Shown piece after piece: positions 38,611 to 48,387 of a stretch of DNA of 64,000 bases (the first letter of the stretch is position 1; each line of letters starts with the position of its first letter). Position numbers and translations under genes: made by a program. The notes beneath the pieces are model-generated. The model made no database searches. It had not been told where the DNA came from and saw only the letters and a list, made by a program, of their open reading frames with translations. This DNA comes from an uncultured archaeon A07HR60 (GTDB lineage: Archaea; Halobacteriota; Halobacteria; Halobacteriales; Haloferacaceae), in the NCBI GenBank assembly GCA_000496235.1, contig KI543222.1:26942-90941 (forward strand), in the 5' to 3' direction.

Positions 38611-40056
38611 TCAGGGATATCTGGGCTCGAAGTAGTCGCGAAATTCGGCTCCGAAATCCGTCGCCAACTCGGCCACACCATCTCCAGCAATCACGTCGCG
38701 GTCCTCAACGCAGGCTGTCAGGCTTGCTCCCAGACTGACATCCATTACAGCTGCGCTCTCAAGGAATGAAACGGCGTCCGTGAACTCCCGGGAGCGCTCA
38801 ACGACGTATCGGTCTGCCTGGATGAGCGGGCCGTACGCCCCCGCAGAGCCGGAGACAGGGTCTGCAGCTCTGTTATCACTGTCTGAATCAGCGGTGGGTT
38901 CGCCACCGGTCGCACTGTCGGTACCGTGCGCGGGCGTATCACTCGCGTACGTTTGGTAGAATTCCTGCGCGTGTTCACGAACGGCTACCGGTGGACCTTC
39001 GTGATATTCGATCTGTGGCCGACTGGCGACGCTCAACTCAAAAAACAGGACCGCCTGCTCACCCACCATTGCCCGCGACCGGACCACTTCGAACCCGTGC
39101 GCCTCAAGACCGTCATGGATCCCAGACAGCGACTTCCGCAGCTGTGGCCACAGTTCGTCGGGAACCAGGTCAGGCGGGTCAAGCCGCACGGCGACTGGAG
39201 TCGTCCCCCGGCGCCGCAGGTGTGTCTGGACTGCCGGAGGGTCCAGCGGTGCACGATCTGGCGGGAAGAATCGCTCTGTGGTAGGTGTATCCAGGAACGC
39301 GCGGGCGTGGTGTTGGAGCCGAGCGACGTTGCTGGCGACACAGACGGCTGCCACGTTGCGCTCGGGGTCAGTCGGGTCGATAACGACCAGCGGATCGTTG
39401 AAGCTGGTAGTCCCGTGTGCCTCCGGGTCGAGTCTGATTGGTGGCGTCCAGTCGGCGGCCGCCTCGAGAAGCGAGACGAAGCCGCCGTACTCGAGGGTTA
39501 GCAACTCCGTCAGATACCCCGAGTACCCGCGCGTCTTGAGATCACTCCCGTATGCGCCAATCCCTGTGAGAAACTGCTTAGCGAGACGCACTTCGTTCGC
39601 TATCTCGTCGTCAAGCCGGTCGTGAAGATACGCGGTGTGAAACGGGGTTCGGTCGACGGATGACCGGATCTCTGTGGCCGCTGCCACGTCAAAACAGCCG
39701 ACGAGATCAACGTCAAAACCCGCGTACTCTCCGGTGACGTACGGGTGTTCGGCGTACTCTTCTCGCCCGTCAGGCAGAATCTCGTGGCCCACGGTCAGTC
39801 CATGTCGTTCGAGGGTCTGTGAATCGAGATCAGGTGGGAAGCGCACGAACAGATCGATATCGCGATCGCCCGCCAGCCAGGTGCTGCGGGCAGTCGAGCC
39901 TGCCCGCAAAACGTCAGCATCGACCGGGAGTTCGTCAATCGCCTCGCCGGCTCGTCTTTCGAGTTCGCTGGCAGCCGCTTCAAGTTGTTCACGTTCGTCG
40001 GCATCAGGCTGCACCCGGCCGCGCACAGCCTCCAGAACCGCCGACAGCTGACTCAT
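38611..40056 (-). CDS. cca: CCA-adding enzyme (archaeal class I)
   Basis: GSTARSTWLAGDRDIDLF, YAEHPY, SSVDRTPFH, GYSGYLTELL, DPTDPERNVAA. Confidence 0.95.
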   Translation of the reverse strand: MSQLSAVLEAVRGRVQPDADEREQLEAAASELERRAGEAIDELPVDADVLRAGSTARSTWLAGDRDIDLFVRFPPDLDSQTLERHGLTVGHEILPDGREEYAEHPYVTGEYAGFDVDLVGCFDVAAATEIRSSVDRTPFHTAYLHDRLDDEIANEVRLAKQFLTGIGAYGSDLKTRGYSGYLTELLTLEYGGFVSLLEAAADWTPPIRLDPEAHGTTSFNDPLVVIDPTDPERNVAAVCVASNVARLQHHARAFLDTPTTERFFPPDRAPLDPPAVQTHLRRRGTTPVAVRLDPPDLVPDELWPQLRKSLSGIHDGLEAHGFEVVRSRAMVGEQAVLFFELSVASRPQIEYHEGPPVAVREHAQEFYQTYASDTPAHGTDSATGGEPTADSDSDNRAADPVSGSAGAYGPLIQADRYVVERSREFTDAVSFLESAAVMDVSLGASLTACVEDRDVIAGDGVAELATDFGAEFRDYFEPRYP

Positions 40057-40187
40057 AGCCTAAGATTCCCGCCGTTCGGTGGAAAGCGTATCGGTCGGGG
40101 CCCCGTCTCACGGTGCCAAATCGCCAGCCGCACTGGCAGGGGGAAACGAAAGCCATATGAAATTCACTGGAATATCATGATATGGAA

Positions 40188-40260
40188 GCCGGAGTAGCTC
40201 AGTTGGTAGAGCGCCTCGCTGTTAACGAGGCGGTCCCAGGTTCGAGTCCTGGCTCTGGCG
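40188..40260 (+). tRNA. tRNA-Asn(GTT)
   Basis: GCCGGAGTAGCTCAGTTGGTAGAGCG-CCTCG-CTGTTAA-CGAGG...GGTTCGAGTCC. Confidence 0.96.
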
Positions 40261-40451
40261 CACTCCTTTCCGTACAGCCGCGTAGAACTCGTAGCCGATC
40301 GCTCGTCGTGTCGAGGAACGCAATCATCAAACCGACGCTGACGCAGACTTCGGTCAAGGGTTGGGGCCGAACCCAGACAAGAGGTCAGGCTGTACTCTCA
40401 GCATTTGGAAAACGAAACACCTTCCCCGTCCGGTGTGAAGATTTTCCTAGA

Positions 40452-40555
40452 GGGCCCTTAGCTCAGTCTGGTCCAGAGCACCCGGCTCATATCGGTTCCC
40501 GGACACGGGGCCGTGGGACACCGGGCGGTCGCTGGTTCGAATCCTGCAGGGCCCA
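40452..40555 (+). tRNA. tRNA-Ile2(CAT) with 28-nt intron (40492-40519) at position 37/38
   Basis: GGGCCC acceptor stem (Ile-type); CCCGG-CTCATA^A-CCGGG; bulge-helix-bulge with CTCA:TGGG central helix. Confidence 0.88.
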
Positions 40556-40563
40556 ATTCGGCT

Positions 40564-43020
40564 GTGATTGCACGCATCCGAGGATCGGCAGCTCTTCTTG
40601 TGGTTATGGGGTTGATGATTACGGCTGTCGTCGCGGGTGGGATAGCGGCCGGGCAGCCAGTGTCGACAGTAGATCGGAATTCTACACTCGAGAATGGAGC
40701 CACCGACCAACTCAAAGCAGTCACATCAATAACGAAACCACCGATCCCGGTCACGGCCGCCTCCGATTCGGTAAGCGGAGCCCCCAAGCGACAGACAACG
40801 CCGAGCAACGGGACGGAGACAATTGACCCAGTCGTGTTTGATTCGGCGGCCAGTCTCCTCGGCGAGGACGATCAGCCACTAGACGAGGAGTCGGCCGTCG
40901 TCGTCCGGACGGAACCTACCGCGAGGAACAGAGATGAAGACGGGAACGGCGACGCAGTGTCGTATGCAGAACAGCAGCGACTCCCCGTCGTGGCGGTCGA
41001 TGAGACAGTGGTCGGTGTAACCGGCCCGTTCGTCACGAGCAATACTGATTTTGCGAATTTTGGAAACGAGGAACTCCTGTTGAATATCTACGATGAGCTT
41101 CTGGGCGGGAGTGGCACCATTCTTCACGACGAAGGCCACGGGCAGTATTACACACTCTCAGAAAACAACGGAAACGACTTCCGACAGTTTGCGGACTACG
41201 CTGAGACCAACGGGTACACATATCGATCCACGACCGATTTTCAGGCAGAACTTGGAGACGCCGATGCCGTTGTCATCACATCTCCGAGTCGAGCGTTCAC
41301 CGATACCGAGCTGGCCGCGCTGAAGAAGTTCGTCGCTGACGGCGGGGTGGTCGTGCTTCATCATCAGTCAGACTTTCGCGATTTTGACGAAACGGCCAAT
41401 CTCGACGAGATCGCGGCTGCCGTCGATGTGTCATTCCGGTTCAACGACGACCAGATCTACGACACCGGCAACAATGCCGGCGCGTCGTATCGTCCGGTGA
41501 CCTCGGAGTTCGACCGTGAGGCCGGGAGCTACTTCACAGAGCGAGACGGGCTTGGACTCGAACTGACGGCGGCAGAAACCTACGAAGTAGAGGTGATTGA
41601 TGTCGCCGACGGGGATACGATCGATGTCCGGTTCACGGATGGGACCGTCGAAACGGTGCGTCTCGTCGGGATCGACACACCAGAGACTGGAGACACCGAC
41701 GAGCGGGCTGCAGAATACGAGTGGATCAAGGACGAGACAGCGTTGAAAGCGAAAGGCGAGGCGGCGACCGCTTACGCTGTCGACCGTCTCAAAGGCGAAA
41801 CAGTCACTCTCTCGTTCGACGAGAACGGCAAGCTTCGCGGAGACTTCGGCCGGCTTTTGGGAATTATCGAACTGTCCGACGGGACGACGTACAACGAAGC
41901 TGTCGTCACGGCCGGCCTGGCGCGGGTGTACGACTCGGGATTCAGCAGCCACGATGAATACTGGAGTCTGGAGGCGGAGGCCAGAGCCGCGGGCCGCGGA
42001 ATCTGGGCGTTATCAGACCCAGCCGCAACGGCAGAGATCCGAGACCGGCCCGTAGAGCAACTCGCCTTCCCGACACCCGTCGCCGTAACCGGGTCGACCG
42101 TCCCCGTGCGAGCCGAGACCGGTGAACCGCTCGTCGCGGTAGACACGGACGCGAACGTGGCCGTCATCGGTGGCCCGATTATCGACGAGACTCTCGTGCG
42201 CGAGGAAGGTGGTCCCGGGATCGAGGGCTACGGCAACTACCCATTCTTCACCAACGTGATCGACCATATCCGACGAGAGACTGCAGGAGAGGGACAACCC
42301 CGAACCGGGCCCGTCGTAATCGACGGCGGTCACGGCCAGTTCGCGGCTGGATTCGCAGTCTCCGCGGAGGATAGTGTTCATTACATGCGGTATCTCGAAG
42401 GGCAGTCGGCCGGAAGCGGCCGCATAACCGGGCTCGAAGGAGCAGTCACTCTCACGGGTGAAGCCGGGCCCGCGATCGTCGAGGACGGTGCCCCGGTTGC
42501 ACGGGCGGTGATCGTCTCGACACCCACGGCCGAGTTGACCGCCGAGGAACGAGCTACGTTGGTCAAATTCGCCGACGTCGGTGGGGCGGTCGTCCTCGTG
42601 GGCAGTGCCGTCAATACTGAGCATCTCGACAATTTTGACCCACTGATCGAAGTATTGGGCGCAGACGTCGGCTTCACCACCGTCCCCGTCACCGACGAGG
42701 AGAACAATCTGGCAGGCAATCCGTCCACCCCCACAACATCCAATTTCGAAGACAGCGATTCCGCGCTGTTCGAACCGGTCACACCCGCCGATGAGACCGA
42801 ACACACCACCACACCTGGTGAGGGCGATGAGACTGATATTGGGATGAAGACCGAGACAGAAGCCGGAAGTGAGACTGACGAGACCAGCGAGACGGTCACA
42901 ACCTCCAAATCCACGCCGGCTTCTGAAGATCAGGCTGACAGTATTCCCGGCTTCGGTCCGCCTATCGCCGTGGTCGCCATCGTCACAACAGCTGTGTTGC
43001 TGCGGCGGTTAGACCGCTAA
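40564..43020 (+). CDS. Cell-surface thermonuclease (SNase domain flanked by two DUF4350-like domains) with PGF-CTERM anchor
   Basis: DVADGDTIDV, VRLVGIDTPET, GDFGRLLG, GLARVY, ARAAGRGIW; C-terminal IPGFG+TM+RR; start moved to GTG after the tRNA. Confidence 0.85.
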   Translation: MIARIRGSAALLVVMGLMITAVVAGGIAAGQPVSTVDRNSTLENGATDQLKAVTSITKPPIPVTAASDSVSGAPKRQTTPSNGTETIDPVVFDSAASLLGEDDQPLDEESAVVVRTEPTARNRDEDGNGDAVSYAEQQRLPVVAVDETVVGVTGPFVTSNTDFANFGNEELLLNIYDELLGGSGTILHDEGHGQYYTLSENNGNDFRQFADYAETNGYTYRSTTDFQAELGDADAVVITSPSRAFTDTELAALKKFVADGGVVVLHHQSDFRDFDETANLDEIAAAVDVSFRFNDDQIYDTGNNAGASYRPVTSEFDREAGSYFTERDGLGLELTAAETYEVEVIDVADGDTIDVRFTDGTVETVRLVGIDTPETGDTDERAAEYEWIKDETALKAKGEAATAYAVDRLKGETVTLSFDENGKLRGDFGRLLGIIELSDGTTYNEAVVTAGLARVYDSGFSSHDEYWSLEAEARAAGRGIWALSDPAATAEIRDRPVEQLAFPTPVAVTGSTVPVRAETGEPLVAVDTDANVAVIGGPIIDETLVREEGGPGIEGYGNYPFFTNVIDHIRRETAGEGQPRTGPVVIDGGHGQFAAGFAVSAEDSVHYMRYLEGQSAGSGRITGLEGAVTLTGEAGPAIVEDGAPVARAVIVSTPTAELTAEERATLVKFADVGGAVVLVGSAVNTEHLDNFDPLIEVLGADVGFTTVPVTDEENNLAGNPSTPTTSNFEDSDSALFEPVTPADETEHTTTPGEGDETDIGMKTETEAGSETDETSETVTTSKSTPASEDQADSIPGFGPPIAVVAIVTTAVLLRRLDR

Positions 43021-43074
43021 GAGAAATTGTGTTCCGACTCCCCGTTCCGGCCACTCGGGACGTCGTCGCACAAA

Positions 43075-44349
43075 TCAGGCGAGATCGTCGCTCTCGGGGA
43101 CAGTGCTGACCTCGGCGGTGAGCCCAGCATCACGGAGGCGGCTCGCGAGTGGTCCGCCGATCCCAGAAGCCGGCGTGAGAACGCCCCCGCTGAACGGAGA
43201 GTCCGTGTCGCCGGTCACCAGCGCCATGGCGGACTCACTGAGCATCCGGGAGGTCGCACCGTATCCCGGATCCAGATCGGCCCCAATCTGGCTTTCGACG
43301 GTAAACGGGCCGTTCGCGGCCATCCCACGGCCCAGGACACGAACGGTGAAATGGCCCTCTTTGGTTTCTGCTTTCGAGGGTCCCTCGCCAGGGTCAGGGA
43401 AGAGATATCGCTGCATCGCCGACCGGACTGGTGCGCGCGCTAATCCCGCGAACACAGCGCCCAGTCCCGCCGCCACTGCCCCCGCGGCCGCTGCGCCGCC
43501 AGGCCCGTCTCCAGTCGGAATCACCTCTGTACAGCGGAAATCGCGTCCCCAGGGGTAGTTCAACAGCGCGTTACTCCGCCGGACGACACGCTCGTTCACA
43601 ACTGCCATCGGTGACGGGGCCGTCCAGCCAGAGCGGAGACTCGCCCGCTGAGGCCGGCGCTGGGCTCCCGAGTCGGGGCCGTGACGCTCTTCGACTGGCG
43701 CCAGCGAGTAGGGGTTACTGAGAGCTTCCCTGGCGCGAGGGTCCGTCGACGCGGCCTCGAACAGTGCTGCCGCACTCGCGAGGGTGCCGCCACTGAAACT
43801 CCCGTTTCCGTCCTCCAGATAGATCTGCACCACGTCACACGGCCCCCCGAACTCGCGGATGGCGTGTGACTGCACCAGAAGCGTCCCGAGATCCGCCGGA
43901 ATCGAGTCGAATCCACAACTGTGGATGATCCGCGCGCCACGATTTGTCGCCCGTTCGTGAAACCGGTCGATCATCTCTCGCACCCAGTTCACCTCGCCGG
44001 TGAGGTCACAGTAGTCCGTTCCCGCCTCGATACACGCCTCTACCAGCGGCGTCCCGTATTCCGTGTACGGGCCGACTGTCGAGCAGATGACACGCGTCTG
44101 TGACGCGATTGCACGGAGCCGCTCGGGATCGGTCGCATCTCCCAGAATGAGTGGGATATCGTCCCACGAGTCTGCCTCGTCGACGGCGTCGGCCTCGACG
44201 GCTCGGAGCCGCTCTTCATTTCGTCCGCCGAGACATACCGACAACTCCTCAGGCGTGTACTGTTCGGTAAGGTAGTCGGCGACCAGTCGCCCGGCGACTC
44301 CGGTCGCCCCCCACACCACGAGATCGTACTGACGGTTCGCACTGGACAC
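43075..44349 (-). CDS. Saccharopine dehydrogenase-like oxidoreductase
   Basis: VVWGATGVAG, STVGPY, YCDLTGE, CGFDSIPAD, DPGYGAT, GGVLTPA. Confidence 0.9.
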   Translation of the reverse strand: MSSANRQYDLVVWGATGVAGRLVADYLTEQYTPEELSVCLGGRNEERLRAVEADAVDEADSWDDIPLILGDATDPERLRAIASQTRVICSTVGPYTEYGTPLVEACIEAGTDYCDLTGEVNWVREMIDRFHERATNRGARIIHSCGFDSIPADLGTLLVQSHAIREFGGPCDVVQIYLEDGNGSFSGGTLASAAALFEAASTDPRAREALSNPYSLAPVEERHGPDSGAQRRPQRASLRSGWTAPSPMAVVNERVVRRSNALLNYPWGRDFRCTEVIPTGDGPGGAAAAGAVAAGLGAVFAGLARAPVRSAMQRYLFPDPGEGPSKAETKEGHFTVRVLGRGMAANGPFTVESQIGADLDPGYGATSRMLSESAMALVTGDTDSPFSGGVLTPASGIGGPLASRLRDAGLTAEVSTVPESDDLA

Positions 44350-44558
44350 GGATTATTCAGACTCAGGTGCCCGTGATATCAATGGCTTGTGGTGTTGGCT
44401 CGACCAATCAGACCCTGGGTTCTCCTCGTTTCCTGTCGTCGCACCCATGAGTCGGGTGGGCCGCGTTACACTCGCGCGGCCGGTATCGCTCCTGAAAGCG
44501 GCGCCCGCGCTCTCGTCCGGTAGCTGTCAGTGGCTTAAGAATAATCACTCGCAGATAA

Positions 44559-44604
44559 TCGACTTCCTTCCCGGGCTGACGCGTGAAGCCTCCGCTCGGT
44601 ATCC
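44559..44604 (-). mobile_element. Degenerate 46 bp PATE-like element
   Basis: Minus strand TGAC|ggataccgagcggaggcttcacgcgtcagcccgggaaggaagtcga; similar to 61-107. Confidence 0.5.
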
Positions 44605-44633
44605 GTCACTGCGTCTGGAAGGTTGCTCCGGGC

Positions 44634-44867
44634 TCAGACGGGGGTATCTTCTGCGACTGCACCGGCGTCAGGGATCTGTTCGTGGGTGTGGTGGTAGAAT
44701 TCGACGTGGGCGTGTCCGTCCTGCGAGACGGGATTGAAACACACGCGGTGGAATCGCGGGTTCTTATAGAGGTTTACCATGAGCCCGTCACGATGGACCG
44801 AGACGGACTCATACTCATGCCCGCACGCAGGGCAGCCGTTCCCACTACCATCGTCAAAGTCTGTCAC
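44634..44867 (-). CDS. Small CPxCG zinc-finger protein
   Basis: CPACG...RVCF...YHHTH. Confidence 0.65.
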   Translation of the reverse strand: MTDFDDGSGNGCPACGHEYESVSVHRDGLMVNLYKNPRFHRVCFNPVSQDGHAHVEFYHHTHEQIPDAGAVAEDTPV

Positions 44868-45094
44868 AGTATCACCAATGAAACGGCTTTTCTAAACAAT
44901 TGTGATGATAACACGAGATGGGCAGGCCCACGGCGGGTGAGGAATCTCGCAGCGATGGAGACACCGCTGTGTGGTGACTGAGAGCGTACGGGAGTTAGAC
45001 GCCGACAGAGGGCTCTGAGAATTGCTGTCAGTTCGGGCGGTTAGACTGGTACCGAAACCTATTGACGCCCGCACGGCTTGTCAGAAACTGTCCT

Positions 45095-46291
45095 GTGACA
45101 GAACCCGCCAGTCCCACACCACCGTCTGAGCGGATCGTCAGTCTCGACGCACTGCGGGGGGTCGCCCTCCTCGGGATTCTCATCATCAACGTCCGCGTGT
45201 TCGCGATGCCAGAGGCGACGCTGCTGAACCCGACGGTGTACGGTGACTTCTCCGGAGCGAACTATTGGGTGTGGCTCCTCGGTCACGTGTTCGCGCAGTC
45301 GAAATTCATCACCGTGTTTTCCGCGCTGTTTGGTGCCGGGGTGTTACTGTTCATCGACAGCAAACGCGAGAAAGGCCAGCCGGCTGTCAGACTGCAACTT
45401 CGGCGGACGGCAATCTTGATTGCGATCGGTCTCTTACACGCGTATCTTCTGTGGTACGGTGATGTTCTCGTCGCCTACGGATTCACCGGCTTGTTCCTCG
45501 TCGCAGTCCGTCACCTCGAGGCGAGTCAGCTCGCAAAATTAGGTGTGTTGTTCCTGTGTTTCGTCCCCGTGGTTGAGCTATCGACGGCGCTCACGGTGGG
45601 TGGTGACGCGATTGCGGGACAGTGGGCGCCCGCCGAGGCGGCACTCCAGCAGGAAGTGGCGACCTACCGCGGCGGCTATCTCGAGCAATTCAATCATCGC
45701 GTTCCCACCTCGCTGGCACGACAGACCGCGTCGTTCGTCGGGGCGACGTTCTGGCGGGTCGGCGGCGTGATGCTGTTGGGGATGGCGCTGTACCGGTGGG
45801 GCGTGTTGACCGGCGAGCGATCCCAACAATTGTATCGTCGACTGATCGGCGGTGGCGTACTCGGAGTCGGAATTGTCCTTGCTGGCGTCGTATACATCGA
45901 ACAGAACGACTGGAGCGCTGGAGCAGCGCTGTTTTGGCGGCAATTCAATTATTGGGGGAGTCTTCTCGTCGCTGGCGGCTACGTGGGAGTGGTGACTCTG
46001 TACGCGCGCCGCCGCCCAAACGGGCCGATTACCCGTGGCTTCGCAGCTGTCGGCCGGACGGCGTTCACCAACTACCTCCTCCAGACCGTCGTGGCGACGT
46101 CAGTGTTCTACGGCCATGGGCTGGGACTGTTCGGCTCTGTGAGCCGAGTCGAAACGATGGGATTCGTCGCCGCCGTCTGGATCGCTCAAATCGTGTTGTC
46201 GGTGCTGTGGCTGCGCAAATTCCGGTTCGGGCCCGTCGAGTGGCTCTGGCGAACGCTGACGTACGGGCAACGACAGCCATTGCGGGCCTGA
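45095..46291 (+). CDS. DUF418/YeiB-family membrane protein
   Basis: RIVSLDALRGVALLGIL, FSALFGAG, WYGDVL, GRTAFTNYLLQ, FRFGPVEWLWR. Confidence 0.92.
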   Translation: MTEPASPTPPSERIVSLDALRGVALLGILIINVRVFAMPEATLLNPTVYGDFSGANYWVWLLGHVFAQSKFITVFSALFGAGVLLFIDSKREKGQPAVRLQLRRTAILIAIGLLHAYLLWYGDVLVAYGFTGLFLVAVRHLEASQLAKLGVLFLCFVPVVELSTALTVGGDAIAGQWAPAEAALQQEVATYRGGYLEQFNHRVPTSLARQTASFVGATFWRVGGVMLLGMALYRWGVLTGERSQQLYRRLIGGGVLGVGIVLAGVVYIEQNDWSAGAALFWRQFNYWGSLLVAGGYVGVVTLYARRRPNGPITRGFAAVGRTAFTNYLLQTVVATSVFYGHGLGLFGSVSRVETMGFVAAVWIAQIVLSVLWLRKFRFGPVEWLWRTLTYGQRQPLRA

Positions 46292-46522
46292 CTCGCCGTG
46301 TCCTTTCAACACTGACGGAGAGATTTGCCAGACTGATGTCGCACTCTTGGACAGAGTCATCTCGGAGCATTTGTCGAGAGGTGTGCCCGCGAGACTGACC
46401 CGTGGCGGTGTCCTCGTGCCTTCTCTTCGTGATTGAAAAACACATTCTCGGGGATTTATTATCCTTTCCAACTATCTGAGGAACACAACTGGGACCGGGC
46501 TTCCGAGTGCCAGCCGACACAA

Positions 46523-47911
46523 ATGTCAGTACAAACATCTTTTCTCGAGGAACTACTCAACACAGATCAGATCTCCTACGGCGACGCAGACCGGGAGGAA
46601 CGGTCGACTGACTGGGGGACCGACGATGCCGACGGAGTGATGCCAGACGTCGTGGTCTGGCCGGAGTCGACGGCAGACGTTGCGGCAGTCGTGACGGCCG
46701 CGAACGAGCACGAAGTGCCAGTAACACCGTACGCGGCCGGGACGAGTCTGGAGGGCAACGCCGTCCCCGTCGACAATGGGATTACTCTGGATGTGTCCCG
46801 GATGGACACAGTGCTCGAGATTCGCCCCGATGATCTACAGGTGGACGTACAGCCGGGCATTCTTGGTGACGATGTCAATGAGGCAGTCGCTGAAGCCGAC
46901 CTCATGCTTCCCTCACTGCCGGCCTCGGGGTCGATCGCGACCATAGGCGGGATGATCGCTAACGACGCGAGCGGGACCAAGACGGTCAAATACGGTGAGG
47001 TGGCGGACTGGGTACTCGAACTTGAGGTTGTCTTGCCGACCGGCGATGTCGTCACACTCGGGAGTAAAGCGGCAAAAACGTCTGCCGGATACAATCTAAA
47101 GAATCTCATCATTGGGAGCGAAGGGACGCTGGGTGTCGTCACTCGGGCGACATTCGAGTTGACCCCTCGTCCGGAGCAGATCCACGGCGGGCGGGCGATG
47201 TTCGACGATATCGGCGCGGCAACTGCCGCTATCGCCGAGGTAATCCAGTCTGGCATCGATGTCGCCAAAATCGAGTTAATCGACGCGTTCAGTGCGACGG
47301 TGTCGAACGAGTATCTCAACACGTCACATCCGGACGTGCCGATGGTCTTCGTCGAATTTCACGCGGATCACGATATCGTCCGAGAGATTGAGCGCTGCCG
47401 GGCTGTGTTCGACGATCACGATGTCCGGTCATTCGACGTGAGCGAAGCCGGGCCAGAAATGGACGAACTATGGGAGGCACGTGGGAAACTCGCGAAGGCG
47501 TTCGAACCGTACGACCCCGATTTGTCCCCGTTAACGCCCGGTGATATCACCGTCCCGATTAGTCGGTATCCGGATATAATCGATTTCGCCAAGACGCTGA
47601 GTGCCGAGTATGACCTTCCGGTCGCTACGTTCGGACACGCTGGCGATGGAAATGTCCACTACTTTGTGATGGTCGATCCAGACGACCCAGCGTCCGTCGC
47701 AGCTGGTGAGACGGTTTCAAAGCGTCTCGTCGAGCGTACGATCGAATTGGGCGGCACTTCAACTGGCGAACACGGCGTCGGAACCGGCAAACGAGAGTAT
47801 CTCATCAGCGAACACGATTCGTCCACACTCGAGACGATGCAGTCGATCAAACAGACACTCGACCCTCGCGGGATCTTCAATCCAGGAAAGATATTCGTCG
47901 ACGAAACGTAG
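46523..47911 (+). CDS. FAD-linked D-2-hydroxyacid dehydrogenase (D-lactate dehydrogenase/GlcD-like), copy 1
   Basis: PDVVVWP, GTSLEG, TIGGMIA, GSEGTLG, GHAGDGNVH, GEHGVG, FNPGK. Confidence 0.92.
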   Translation: MSVQTSFLEELLNTDQISYGDADREERSTDWGTDDADGVMPDVVVWPESTADVAAVVTAANEHEVPVTPYAAGTSLEGNAVPVDNGITLDVSRMDTVLEIRPDDLQVDVQPGILGDDVNEAVAEADLMLPSLPASGSIATIGGMIANDASGTKTVKYGEVADWVLELEVVLPTGDVVTLGSKAAKTSAGYNLKNLIIGSEGTLGVVTRATFELTPRPEQIHGGRAMFDDIGAATAAIAEVIQSGIDVAKIELIDAFSATVSNEYLNTSHPDVPMVFVEFHADHDIVREIERCRAVFDDHDVRSFDVSEAGPEMDELWEARGKLAKAFEPYDPDLSPLTPGDITVPISRYPDIIDFAKTLSAEYDLPVATFGHAGDGNVHYFVMVDPDDPASVAAGETVSKRLVERTIELGGTSTGEHGVGTGKREYLISEHDSSTLETMQSIKQTLDPRGIFNPGKIFVDET

Positions 47912-48033
47912 CTGTGACTCTGAAGCGCATTTTCGGAGAGAGTTGGTCGACCGATTGACTGGTGATGACAGGGCTGAGACCCGCAGAATCCGCGTGTTCG
48001 GCGATTGCTGACCGTAACGGTCCGCCGGTCACG

Positions 48034-48153
48034 GCCGTTTGGATAGCTCAGATCGTGTTGTCGGTGCTGTGGCTGCACAAATTCCGGTTCAGGTCCATCG
48101 AGTGGCTCTGGCGAACGCTGACGTACGGGCAACGACAGCCGTTGCGGGCCTAA
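48034..48153 (+). pseudogene. Duplicated 3' fragment of the DUF418 gene
   Basis: AVWIAQIVLSVLWLHKFRFRSIEWLWRTLTYGQRQPLRA matches the C-terminus of 45095-46291. Confidence 0.88.
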
Positions 48154-48387
48154 CCTACTGTGCTCACTCAACACGAACGGGAGATTTGTCTGACTGATAC
48201 CCCGCTCTCGAGCAGAGTCATCTCGGAGTCGTTTGTCGAGACATCTACCTGGAGACGAACCCGCGAAGAGCGGTGTTCTCGTCCCCTCTTCTTGCGATCG
48301 GGCGGGCCATTCTCGGGGTTTTACATACACTTCCACTCTAATACCAATACGATTAGCACTGGACTTCCGAGTGCTAAGCCGACACAA

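Noticed and set aside
35197..40555. rpa-histone-deacetylase-cca-tRNA cluster as a novel chromatin system
   Set aside because: Known conserved haloarchaeal gene order
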